Of a stretch of DNA of 64,000 nt, positions 20,437-28,962 are shown piece by piece. The notes under the pieces were generated by a model that was given only the letters and a program-made list of their open reading frames with translations, was not told the DNA's origin and searched no databases. Position 1 is the stretch's first letter. Each line of letters begins with the position of its first letter. Source of the DNA: an uncultured Acidobacteriota bacterium. GTDB lineage: Bacteria; Acidobacteriota; Thermoanaerobaculia; Multivoradales; SZUA-115. The translations under genes and the position numbers were made by a program. The stretch is from assembly GCA_963805975.1 (NCBI GenBank), contig CAWDVR010000001.1:64001-128000 (forward strand), written 5' to 3'.

Positions 20437-21537
20437 ATGACCAGAACGCCGGCTCGATCTAGCCATGCAGCTCTTTGTTTGCTCTTCGCGGCCGGTGCAT
20501 TGCCGGCCGTCGCTCAGTCATACGTTCGTACCGTCGTCGTCTCACCCGTGCCCGGCGATTCGCTGGCGAGTGGCCAGGCGCTCCTCGCCGCAGTGTCGGC
20601 GATTCCCGGCCCCACCAGCGCCGATCCCTGGCTGGTGAAGGTGGAGCCCGGCATCTACGACCTCGGTGAGAGCTCTCTCCTGCTGCGCGAGTGGGTGGAC
20701 GTCGAGGGCTCGCGCAACACCGTGATCCGCGGCCACGGCCGCGACGACATCTACGGCGGCACCGTGGTCGGTGCCAACGATTCGGAGCTGCGCGAGGTGA
20801 CCGTCGAGACCGACGGCATGGGCTTGGTGCCGGCCGTGGTCGGCGTCTTTCTGCCGAATGTGGGCACCCGGCTCCATCGCGTGCGGGTGGTGTCGAGGAA
20901 CGGCGTCGAGGGCTCGGACGCGATCTTCATTCGGGGCGGCTCTCCCAAGCTCACCGAGGTGGAGGTGGTGGCATCCGGGTCGGCCTTCGCATCCGGCATC
21001 GTGATCGACGAGGCCGGCTCTCCCGCCATCGCCAACAGCACGATCGAGGTGAGCGGCGCCACCTCTACGAACCGCGGCATTCTGGTGCAGGAAGCCTGTG
21101 CCGGCGGCGAGCCGCTGCTCAACAGCGTGCGCATCACGGTCCAGGGCGGCGAGAAGGCCTACGGCATCGTGGGGCGCTACAAGATCCGGCCCGAGCCCAT
21201 CGTCCTCGACTCCACCATCATCCGGGTCTCTTCCGGCAAGATGGAGAACGTCGGTGTGGTGTTCACCAAGGGCGCCGGTCTCATGCGGCTGATTGGCTGC
21301 GTGGTCGAGGCCAGCGGTGCGGGGAGCCACGGCGTGTGGACCAAGGTGGGCGGCGCGGGCGTCACGGTCACCGGCTCCGAGGTGAGCGGCGAGACCGCGA
21401 GCGTGGCGGGCATCGGCGGCGCAGGCGTGGTGTCGGTCGCCTCGTCGGTGCTGCGCGGCGGGCCGGCCGGCATCGGCACGGTCTGCGCCGGCGTGACGGA
21501 CGAGGCGTACGCGTTCTATCCCAGCACCTGCCCGTAG
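20437..21537 (+). CDS. Secreted hypothetical protein, probable parallel beta-helix
   Basis: Signal peptide; KVEPGIYDL, VDVEGS; repeated IxVxG/GIxI beta-strand units; ends CAGV...TCP. Confidence 0.7.
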   Translation: MTRTPARSSHAALCLLFAAGALPAVAQSYVRTVVVSPVPGDSLASGQALLAAVSAIPGPTSADPWLVKVEPGIYDLGESSLLLREWVDVEGSRNTVIRGHGRDDIYGGTVVGANDSELREVTVETDGMGLVPAVVGVFLPNVGTRLHRVRVVSRNGVEGSDAIFIRGGSPKLTEVEVVASGSAFASGIVIDEAGSPAIANSTIEVSGATSTNRGILVQEACAGGEPLLNSVRITVQGGEKAYGIVGRYKIRPEPIVLDSTIIRVSSGKMENVGVVFTKGAGLMRLIGCVVEASGAGSHGVWTKVGGAGVTVTGSEVSGETASVAGIGGAGVVSVASSVLRGGPAGIGTVCAGVTDEAYAFYPSTCP

Positions 21538-21548
21538 CGTCGTAAGTC

Positions 21549-21650
21549 GTTCGGCTCGCGTACACCAGGGCCGCCTCGGGAGGCGCTCGACGCCCCCTGC
21601 GGGTAACGCTGCGCGCCTCCTGAGGCGGCCCTGGTGTACGCGAGCCGAAC
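21549..21650. repeat. Long hairpin (38-bp inverted arms, 26-nt loop), REPIN-like
   Basis: 21549-21586 vs 21613-21650 reverse-complementary with one G:T mismatch; between convergent genes. Confidence 0.9.
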
Positions 21651-21665
21651 TGCGAGCTCTCTCTC

Positions 21666-23186
21666 TCAGCGGTCGCTTACCAAGTGAGCGTTCACCAAGT
21701 AATGCCACGCCACCAGCCGGGCGCGCATCGGCACCTCGCCGGTGGGCCCCGGCTCGAGACCGGCGCGGATGCCGGCGGCGAACGGCACCGCGTCGGTCAC
21801 GAGCAGCCGATAGGCCGAGACGCGGTCCTCGCCGCCGGCCACCTCGTGCGCCGTCATGCCGGAGAGCGGGCGCACCACTTCTTCCTGGTCGAAGTAGAAG
21901 CCGCCGTTGAAGAAGTCCTCGACGCCGGTGCCGTGGATCGCCGGCTGTTCCCCGCCGTCCACGTAGATCCGCTCGTCCCCTTCGAGATAGCGGCGGCTCG
22001 GCGTAGCGACCGAGGAGAGCCGCGCCGCGAGCCCCACCCACTTGCCGGGGCCTTCGACGGCGAGAAACAGCAGGTCGTTGCCGGCAGGGGCCGGCTCGGC
22101 CGCCGTCAGCGTGGCGCCGAAGGCACCGCTGCCGGCGAGCGGCGGCCCGGCGTGGCGGCGAACGCCGAAGCCCACGATCACCGGCGCGCTCCCGGCCGGC
22201 GCCGTCGAGCGCAGCACGATCGTGGCCGAGCGCTGGAAAGGCATCGGGAAGTAGCTGTAGAGGCCCCCGGTCGAGTCCGCGCCCACCAGCAGAGAGCGGG
22301 TCGGGCGCCTGGGGTCGGCGCCCACGCCGAAGAGGTCGGTGGCGGCCAGGCGCGCCGTGGTCACGCCGTCGAAGGCGAGCTCCACCTCGGTGGTCGCCCA
22401 GGCGCTCGGCGGCAGCGCGAGCGTGAAGCGGGTGAGGACGCCCGGCCCGGCCGCGGAGTAGACGGTCCGCGAGCCGCCGGCCGGTAAGGGGAAGAGGCCC
22501 TGGCTGGACTTTCCGGCCGTCTCCGCCGGCCAGGGGTCGGCACCGGGCGGGGTCGAGAGCAGTGCTCGCCAGGCGGCCAGGTCTTCGCCGCCGGTGAAGG
22601 TCGGGACCGCAGGACCGGCGGCCAGGCGATGGAAGCCGAGCTGGAACCAGAGCCGGAGGTTCTCGGCGCCGGTGAGGGTCGCGACGCAGGAACGGCTGAA
22701 GGCGATCGGCACGTAGGAGACGTATCCGCCGCTCGAGCCGAGGCGGTCGCCGGTCAACGGTGGCGTGAACGGCGGCACGGCGCCGCTGAAGAGGTCGGGC
22801 AGAGGGAGGTCGATGCGCGGCGTCGCCTCGCCGTCGAAGTAGAAGCGGATGCGCACCCCGGGGTCGAGCGGCACGCTCGACGAGTCGCCGCTCGTCATCC
22901 AGATGCGGGTGATGGCGCCCGGCCCCTCTTCCTCGAAGATCACCCCCTCCGGCCCGATCGAGCGCAGGAAGCGCGGGTCCCCCGGCGCGTGCTTGTCGCT
23001 CCAGCAGCCCGTGGGGCAATGGCTGCTGCGCATCAGCACCCGGTCGCCCGGATGGATCATCGCCAGCGAGCGCAGATCGCGCCAAGCCTCCCAGGGGAGG
23101 GGCGAGCGCTCGACGGGTGCGGCGTGGAATTCGGTGGCGAAGGAAAGGAGTGCGAGGGCTATGAGTGGGAAGAAGCGGAGCGACAT
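21666..23186 (-). CDS. DUF2961 (GH172-like) secreted protein
   Basis: Signal peptide; GPGAITRIWMT, YFPMPF, LEGDERIYVDG, HGTGVEDFFNGGFYF. Confidence 0.85.
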   Translation of the reverse strand: MSLRFFPLIALALLSFATEFHAAPVERSPLPWEAWRDLRSLAMIHPGDRVLMRSSHCPTGCWSDKHAPGDPRFLRSIGPEGVIFEEEGPGAITRIWMTSGDSSSVPLDPGVRIRFYFDGEATPRIDLPLPDLFSGAVPPFTPPLTGDRLGSSGGYVSYVPIAFSRSCVATLTGAENLRLWFQLGFHRLAAGPAVPTFTGGEDLAAWRALLSTPPGADPWPAETAGKSSQGLFPLPAGGSRTVYSAAGPGVLTRFTLALPPSAWATTEVELAFDGVTTARLAATDLFGVGADPRRPTRSLLVGADSTGGLYSYFPMPFQRSATIVLRSTAPAGSAPVIVGFGVRRHAGPPLAGSGAFGATLTAAEPAPAGNDLLFLAVEGPGKWVGLAARLSSVATPSRRYLEGDERIYVDGGEQPAIHGTGVEDFFNGGFYFDQEEVVRPLSGMTAHEVAGGEDRVSAYRLLVTDAVPFAAGIRAGLEPGPTGEVPMRARLVAWHYLVNAHLVSDR

Positions 23187-23249
23187 CCTGGGAATCTAGC
23201 AGCCTGAACAATCAGCCACGCAGATGAAGCACCACAGCATCAGCACATC

Positions 23250-23278
23250 TTGACATCGCACGGTGGGACTCCTAGGCT
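23250..23278 (+). promoter_or_regulatory. Sigma70-type promoter of vapBC
   Basis: TTGACA (23250-55), 17 nt, TAGGCT (23273-78), 6 nt to ATG; AGATG...CATCT inverted repeat just upstream (23222-23250). Confidence 0.75.
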
Positions 23279-23284
23279 CCGGCC

Positions 23285-23509
23285 ATGCGTACCACTTTGC
23301 AAATCGACGACGACGTGCTCGAGGCTGCCAGGAGCCTCGCCGAGGCCGAGAGGACCCATGTCGGCACGGTGCTGTCGAGGCTTGCTCGCAAGGGGCTGGC
23401 CCCCGGGAGCGCAGGTGGGACGGACCGCGGGTTCCCCGTGTTCGAGGTCCCGCCCGGCGCTCGGCCCCTGACCCTCGAAAAGGTGCGTCAGGCGCTCGAG
23501 GACGACTGA
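23285..23509 (+). CDS. vapB: VapB/CopG-like antitoxin
   Basis: MRTTLQIDDDVL RHH N-terminus; TGATG-coupled to PIN toxin. Confidence 0.88.
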   Translation: MRTTLQIDDDVLEAARSLAEAERTHVGTVLSRLARKGLAPGSAGGTDRGFPVFEVPPGARPLTLEKVRQALEDD

Positions 23510-23961
23510 TGGTCGCGCTGCTCGACGTCAACGTGCTCGTAGCTCTGGCCTGGCCCCACCACGTCCACCATGAGCTGGCGCTTGCCTGGTTTCAAGAGAA
23601 TCAGGCCCTGGGTTGGGCCACTTGCCCCACGACCGAGAGCGGCTTCGTCCGCGTCTCCTCCAATCCGCGGGTGCTGCCGGAGGCGAGGTCGCCGCACGAG
23701 GCGGTGCTGATCCTGCGGCGGATCCGTGCGCTCCCCGCGCACGTCTTCTGGTCGGAGGAGGTCTCGATCGCCAGCCAAGAGCTCGTTGCGGCGGAACGGC
23801 TGATGAGCTACCGCCAGGTCACGGATGCTCACCTGCTCGCGGTGACCCTGCACCGCGGCGGGCGGCTCGCCACCCTCGACCGTGCGGTGCGCAATCTGGT
23901 GCCGCCCACCTTTCGTGAGCGAGAACGCGTCGTGGTGATCTCGGACAGCACCGCCCCATGA
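23509..23961 (+). CDS. vapC: VapC PIN-domain toxin
   Basis: LLDVNVLVAL, TESGFVR, QVTDAHLL, LATLD. Confidence 0.9.
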   Translation: MVALLDVNVLVALAWPHHVHHELALAWFQENQALGWATCPTTESGFVRVSSNPRVLPEARSPHEAVLILRRIRALPAHVFWSEEVSIASQELVAAERLMSYRQVTDAHLLAVTLHRGGRLATLDRAVRNLVPPTFRERERVVVISDSTAP

Positions 23962-24332
23962 CCCTCGAATCCTTCATCGCCCGCTGGACGGCGAGCGGGC
24001 AGGCCGAGCGGGCCAACAAGGACTCGTTCCTGAACGAGCTCGCCGACGCGCTGGGCGTCGAGCGGCCGCACCCCAAGACCGGCGATCCGGAGCGCGACCT
24101 CTACGTCTTCGAGAAGGACGTTCCCTGGGCGCGCGCCGAGGGCAGCTCCACCCGCTTCATCGATCTCTACAAGCACGGCTGCTTCGTGCTCGAGGCCAAG
24201 CAGGGCGCGGCCAGCGGCCCCAAGCGGCGCGACACCCCGGCCTGGAATTTGATGATGAGCGAGGCGCACGGCCAGGCGATAGAGGCTACTGAGAACCGGG
24301 TATGCCTGCAAGAGCGGTCGACCAATGCGTAG
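23958..24332 (+). pseudogene. Truncated type IIL (MmeI-like) restriction-modification gene, N-terminal fragment
   Basis: FIARW...ERAN...FLNEL...YVFEK...FIDLYKHGCFVLEAK...M..A.GQA, then similarity and composition break near 24280; no methyltransferase domain follows. Confidence 0.75.
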
Positions 24333-24353
24333 CGTTCTGGCATAGTACGAACT

Positions 24354-25121
24354 ATGGCGCAAGGCTCCTCGATCGAGTGGACCGACGCAACGTGGAACCC
24401 GGTGGTGGGGTGCTCGCCAGTTTCCCCGGGGTGCCTGAACTGCTACGCCGCCCGGATGGCGCTTCGCTTGGCTAGCATGCCGAACAGCGCAGGCCGGAAG
24501 TATAAGGGAACCGTCAGACGGGCGCGTGACGGGAGAGCGGTCTTCTCTGGGCGGATCAAGTCTGCTGAAGAGTCGTTGGATCTCCCGCGGATTTGGCGTC
24601 TGCCGCGAACAATTTTCGTCAACTCGATGAGCGATCTTTTCCACGTCGCTGTACCGCTGGAGTTGATTCAACGAGTTTTCCGAGTGATGAACGAATGCTC
24701 GCGCCACAGGTTCCAGGTGCTGACCAAGCGCCCCGATATCGCCCTGGAATTCTCGGAGCACTTGGAGTGGAGCAACAACATCTGGTTAGGAACCAGTGTC
24801 GAGACGTCCAAGTACTATGGGCGCATCGAGGCACTTCGACGCACTCCGGCGCGTATCCGATTTCTTTCGTGCGAGCCGCTCCTCGGCCCACTGCGAGATC
24901 TGCCATTGGAGGGTATCCACTGGACTATTGTCGGCGGGGAGTCAGGGCCGGGTGCCAGGCCAATGAGGGAAGAGTGGGTGCGGAGCATCCACACTAGGTG
25001 CCGCGAGCATGGAGTGGCCTTCTTCTTTAAGCAGTGGGGAGGAGTCCGGAAGCGAGAGACCGGAAGGGTGCTCGATGGACGCACCTGGGATGAGATGCCG
25101 CTAATAGAGGCGAGCCACTAG
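24354..25121 (+). CDS. DUF5131 / phage Gp37-Gp68 family protein (three-Cys, radical-SAM-like)
   Basis: SSIEWTDATWNP, GCSPVSPGCLNCYA, FVNSMSDLFH, LTKRP, SCEPLLG, VGGESG, FFFKQWG. Confidence 0.92.
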   Translation: MAQGSSIEWTDATWNPVVGCSPVSPGCLNCYAARMALRLASMPNSAGRKYKGTVRRARDGRAVFSGRIKSAEESLDLPRIWRLPRTIFVNSMSDLFHVAVPLELIQRVFRVMNECSRHRFQVLTKRPDIALEFSEHLEWSNNIWLGTSVETSKYYGRIEALRRTPARIRFLSCEPLLGPLRDLPLEGIHWTIVGGESGPGARPMREEWVRSIHTRCREHGVAFFFKQWGGVRKRETGRVLDGRTWDEMPLIEASH

Positions 25122-26318
25122 ATGCCACACCAGGCGGGAGTGGACTTCTTCAAGGTAAAGAGATCGTGGTCCAGGTACAAAGATTCGATCTTAGCCTACT
25201 ACCTGAAGCCTTATCTAGCCAAGGTTCGCAAGCTAGATCGGCCCATACTGCTTGTTGATCTATTTGCAGGGCCGGGAAAGTTCGAGGATGGCGAGCCAGG
25301 GTCCCCGCTAATAATGCTTGAGGCTGCTGAACCTCTTGCGGTCGCAGGCCACCCAATTCGAGTGCTACTGGTCGAGCGAGACCCAGACCTAGTTGCAAGG
25401 CTGCGCAAGAATACTGCCCCCTATGAGGGGCTCGCAGATGTTCGCCATGCGGACAGCCTCGATTTGATGGAAGAGATAGCCGCTGCCGCCGCGACGAGTA
25501 CGGTGTTCTTGTATGTTGACCCATTTACGATCGGCCGGCTCCACCTCGACCGACTCGCGGCAGTATACTCGAAGATTCGGGATGGCTCGAGCGTAGAATT
25601 ACTTTTTGTCTTCATGGTGCCGATCTTCTTGCGCTGGGCAAGAGCATGTTTGGAGGCAGAGGAGAGCAGTCAGGATGCTCTGGGAGACAGGCTCGTAGTG
25701 GATGAGGCTGGGAATTTTGATTCCATGATGGCGTACGCACTCTGGGATGCCCCGGTCGTTCGAGCCCTAAAGCGCGCAAGAACCTCCGGCGAGGAGCTAG
25801 ACGCGATTGCTGGTGGGACCTACTGGCGGGACTATGTGGAACAACCTCTTACTCCTGAGGTGTACTTGGCTTTCGCCAGACGGTACTGCGACGTGCTGCG
25901 CGGTTGGTTTCCGACGGTATGCATGTTCCCAGTCTATGCCACTGATAGTGCACGCATCCCCAAGTACTGGCTTATTTTTGGTACGAGGTATCGTCCTGCG
26001 TTAGATCTCATCAATCGTGCCACGGCCGAGGCGCGAGCGCGGGAATTTAAGACTTGGGGGGATGGAACTCTGTTCGCTGGGATGGGTGTTCAGCTACCGA
26101 CTCAGCCAGACCTGCGCCGACTGATTGCAGAACAGCTTCGTGGGACCGCTCGGACAGAATGGCGAGAGCTCCGATGGCAGATCAGTGAGCAAGAGCTGGG
26201 TTGGTTTACCGACTCCGCCATTAACGACGGCATCAAGAGACTTCTCAGCGAGGGGAGACTCCGGGGGGCTTTAGGTAAGAAGGTAGAGGAGCGGGCAGTT
26301 CTTGAGTGGGTCGTCTGA
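25122..26318 (+). CDS. tcmP: Three-Cys-motif partner protein (TcmP-like, SAM methyltransferase fold, C-terminal wHTH)
   Basis: WSRYKDSIL..YL..Y, VDLFAGPG, GSPL, FLYVDPF; abuts DUF5131 stop. Confidence 0.82.
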   Translation: MPHQAGVDFFKVKRSWSRYKDSILAYYLKPYLAKVRKLDRPILLVDLFAGPGKFEDGEPGSPLIMLEAAEPLAVAGHPIRVLLVERDPDLVARLRKNTAPYEGLADVRHADSLDLMEEIAAAAATSTVFLYVDPFTIGRLHLDRLAAVYSKIRDGSSVELLFVFMVPIFLRWARACLEAEESSQDALGDRLVVDEAGNFDSMMAYALWDAPVVRALKRARTSGEELDAIAGGTYWRDYVEQPLTPEVYLAFARRYCDVLRGWFPTVCMFPVYATDSARIPKYWLIFGTRYRPALDLINRATAEARAREFKTWGDGTLFAGMGVQLPTQPDLRRLIAEQLRGTARTEWRELRWQISEQELGWFTDSAINDGIKRLLSEGRLRGALGKKVEERAVLEWVV

Positions 26319-26435
26319 CTGCCGTTTCAAGGGCCTGAAGGCCGAAGTGGCCGCTGTGGGAGCGGAGCGGTCTTGGCGACTGGTGAAGTGAGGAGTGACC
26401 GCGCGAGACCATACTTCCCAATGAGCACGGCGGCC

Positions 26436-26622
26436 ATGAGGGATCGAGTTCGTGGTGGATGAGAGCGGCGAGCGACGGGCCGTTCTCATCGACCTGAAGC
26501 GCCACTCTGACCTATGGGAAGACCTCTACGACACCTTGGTAGCGCACCAGCGGCGCGCCGAGCCGAGGGAGTCTCTGGCGGAGGTGAAGCGGAGACTCGC
26601 ACGAGGAGTGCGCTCCTCCTGA
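26436..26622 (+). pseudogene. Frameshifted small antitoxin-like gene
   Basis: Frame from 26440 reads GIEFVVDESGERRAVLIDLKRHSDLWEDLYDTL...ESLAEVKRRL*; ATG 26436 is out of frame and in-frame TGA lies at 26437. Confidence 0.55.
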
Positions 26623-27062
26623 TGAGCACTGCAGGATCCCTCTTCGCCATCGCCGTGGCAGCCGCTCTGTTGCCCGTATGCGCCGGCGAGCTGGCTTCGC
26701 CCGGAGCGGCAGCGGAGCTGACGATCGACCCCGGCTCGCGGCCTGTTCGCGTGGTCTATCGATGGCGGGTCGAGGCTGGCCGGGAAGCGGCGTTCGTCGA
26801 GGCTTGGCGGCAGGCGACGGTGGCGATCCGTGGGGCCGCCCCGGGCGCCCTCGGCAGCGAGCTCTTCCGGTTGCGCGGGAAGCCGTCCGAGTACCTGGCG
26901 ATCGCCCGCTGGCGGACGATCGGAGCGTGGGAGGCCTTTCGTTCGACCCTCCGTGCGCCACTCGCGGGAGTGGCCGAGATGGCCGCCGCCGGCGAGCTGA
27001 TTTCCACCGAGCCGATGATCGAGGTCGCCAGCGCGCTCGGCCCGGAAGTGCCTCCCCGCTAG
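26622..27062 (+). CDS. ABM (antibiotic biosynthesis monooxygenase)-like protein with signal peptide
   Basis: YRWRVEAGREAAFVEAW...GALGSELFR...YLAIARW; TGATG coupling. Confidence 0.65.
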   Translation: MSTAGSLFAIAVAAALLPVCAGELASPGAAAELTIDPGSRPVRVVYRWRVEAGREAAFVEAWRQATVAIRGAAPGALGSELFRLRGKPSEYLAIARWRTIGAWEAFRSTLRAPLAGVAEMAAAGELISTEPMIEVASALGPEVPPR

Positions 27063-27075
27063 CGAAGCGCCTGTC

Positions 27076-27888
27076 TCAGATCCCCACGCCGGTGTAGGCC
27101 AGGCGGCCCCTCGTCCACACGGTTCGCGCCGCGAGCGCGAGCAGTGCGGACCAGCCGAGGGCGATGGCCATGCCGGCCGCCCACTCGGCGGCGCTCACGC
27201 GGCCGAGGAAGGTCATCACCGGGAAGTAGTAGAGGAAGCGGAACGGCAGGAGGTCGAGGAGCGGCTGTGCCCAGGCCGGGAAGAGGTTGAGCGGCAGGAG
27301 CTGGCCGCCGAGCAGGTGGCCGAGGAAGCGCAGCAGCACCAGGAGGGACCACACGTTGTCCGCCCAGAAGGCCACGGCCTCGAGCAGGAAGGCCAGCAGG
27401 AAGGCAAGGAGGTTGCCGGCCGCGATGGCGGCGAGCGTGCGCAGGACGGAGGCGGCGCTCACCTCGCCGGCCGCGGAGAGGTCGAGGAACAGCACCGCGG
27501 CGCCGCCGAAGAGCACGAGCTGCACCAGGGCCGCCACCAGCGTGCCCAGGTGCTCGGCGTACTTGAAGGCGAAGTAGTTGGCCGGGAACAGCAGGTAGCG
27601 GGTGAGGCCGCCGTCGTAGATGTTCTGGGCGATGGTCGACTGGCGGTCCTCGCCGCGGATCAGCTTGCCGAAGAGGATGGCGAGCACGTAGTAGAGCGTG
27701 ATGCCGGTCTGGGTGAAGCCGCCGATCACCTCGCGGCCGGACTCGCGGAAGATCGCCGCCCACAGGTAGTAGGCGACGGCGATCTCGACCACGAAGGCGG
27801 CGACGGCGGAGAGCCAGAAGTCGCCGCGGTAGCTCATCAGCTTGCGGGCCTCGACGCTCACCACGCCGAAGAAGAGGCGGGGCTTCAT
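27076..27888 (-). CDS. ABC-2 type permease
   Basis: IYDGGLTRYLLFP, GQLLPLNLFP, LPF; ATGA-coupled to ATPase. Confidence 0.88.
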   Translation of the reverse strand: MKPRLFFGVVSVEARKLMSYRGDFWLSAVAAFVVEIAVAYYLWAAIFRESGREVIGGFTQTGITLYYVLAILFGKLIRGEDRQSTIAQNIYDGGLTRYLLFPANYFAFKYAEHLGTLVAALVQLVLFGGAAVLFLDLSAAGEVSAASVLRTLAAIAAGNLLAFLLAFLLEAVAFWADNVWSLLVLLRFLGHLLGGQLLPLNLFPAWAQPLLDLLPFRFLYYFPVMTFLGRVSAAEWAAGMAIALGWSALLALAARTVWTRGRLAYTGVGI

Positions 27889-28901
27889 GGCGTGGTCGCG
27901 GCCGGCCGCTGCCGGTTCTGCAGGATGGCCTCGATCACCGAGCCGATGTCCTCCTCCTCGATCGAGAGGTCGGCCACCGGCAGCGTCTCGAGCATGCGCC
28001 CGGCCGCCTCGGTGACGCGCTCGCGCGGTACCTCGAGGCGGACCTCGTGGTCGCTCGCGGCGAGCAGGCGGCCGAGCGGCGCGAGGCTGGTCACGTCCGG
28101 GGCGGCGGCGCCGCCGGACCCGGCGTCGCGCCGCAGGTGGGCGGTGAGGATCTTGTGGCGCTGGTAGCTCTGGGCGACCTCGGCGAGCGGCCCGTCGAAC
28201 ACCAGCTCGCCGTGGCGCAGGATCAGGATGCGCGGGCAGAGGCGCTCGATGTCCTCCATGTAGTGGCTGGTGAGGATCATCGCCGGCCGGTGGTCGCGCC
28301 GGTACTGGAGGAGGAAGTCGCGGATCGCGCGCTGGGCCGTCAAGTCGAGGCCGATGGTGGGCTCGTCCAGGAAGACGACGCGCGGCGAGTGGAGGAGCGC
28401 CGCGATCAGCTCCATCTTCATGCGCTCGCCGAGCGACAGGCGGCGCACCTGCACCTTGAGCTCGTCGCCCACGCCGAGCACCTCGCAGAGGTAGGCGAGC
28501 GTCGCCCGGTAGCGGTCGGCCGGGATGCGGTAGATCTCCTTGAGCAGCAGGAAGCCGTCGCCGGCCGGCAGGTCCCACCAGAGCTGCGCCTTCTGGCCCA
28601 TGATGAGCGCGATCTGCTGGCGCAGCCGGTCGTCGCGGCGCCAGGGGTCGAAGCCCAGCACGCTCGCCGCGCCGGCCGTGGGGTGGATGATGCCGGCGAG
28701 CATCTTGACCACCGTGGTCTTGCCGGCGCCGTTGGCGCCCACCAGGCCCACGATCTCGCCGGGCTCGACCTTGAAGCTGACGTTCCGGACCGCGTGGCGC
28801 GGCACCTTCCGCCGGCGGACGAGCGAGGCCACCGAGCCCCAGAACCCCGGCTCCTTCTCGTGCACCCAGAAGGTCTTGGACAGGCCGGTCGCCTCGATCA
28901 T
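27885..28901 (-). CDS. ABC transporter ATP-binding protein
   Basis: Walker A GANGAGKTT, LSLGERM signature, FLDEPT. Confidence 0.93.
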   Translation of the reverse strand: MIEATGLSKTFWVHEKEPGFWGSVASLVRRRKVPRHAVRNVSFKVEPGEIVGLVGANGAGKTTVVKMLAGIIHPTAGAASVLGFDPWRRDDRLRQQIALIMGQKAQLWWDLPAGDGFLLLKEIYRIPADRYRATLAYLCEVLGVGDELKVQVRRLSLGERMKMELIAALLHSPRVVFLDEPTIGLDLTAQRAIRDFLLQYRRDHRPAMILTSHYMEDIERLCPRILILRHGELVFDGPLAEVAQSYQRHKILTAHLRRDAGSGGAAAPDVTSLAPLGRLLAASDHEVRLEVPRERVTEAAGRMLETLPVADLSIEEEDIGSVIEAILQNRQRPAATTP

Positions 28902-28907
28902 AGCCAG

Positions 28908-28934
28908 TGTCATCCTGAGCGCAGCGAAGGATCT
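28908..28934. repeat. Single REP-like element (TGTCATCCTGAGCGCAGCGAAGGATCT type)
   Basis: ATCCT...AGGAT stem with GTCA tag, intergenic. Confidence 0.7.
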
Positions 28935-28962
28935 GGGCGGGCCGCCTCGGCCCGCCTCCGCG

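Noticed and set aside
24354-25121. Prophage suggested by the Gp37/Gp68 family name
   Set aside because: No integrase, structural or lysis genes nearby.
24266-26431. GCACGGC at 24266-24272 and 26425-26431 as a target-site duplication of the low-GC cassette
   Set aside because: Only 7 bp of GC-rich sequence, and the rest of the MmeI gene does not resume after it.
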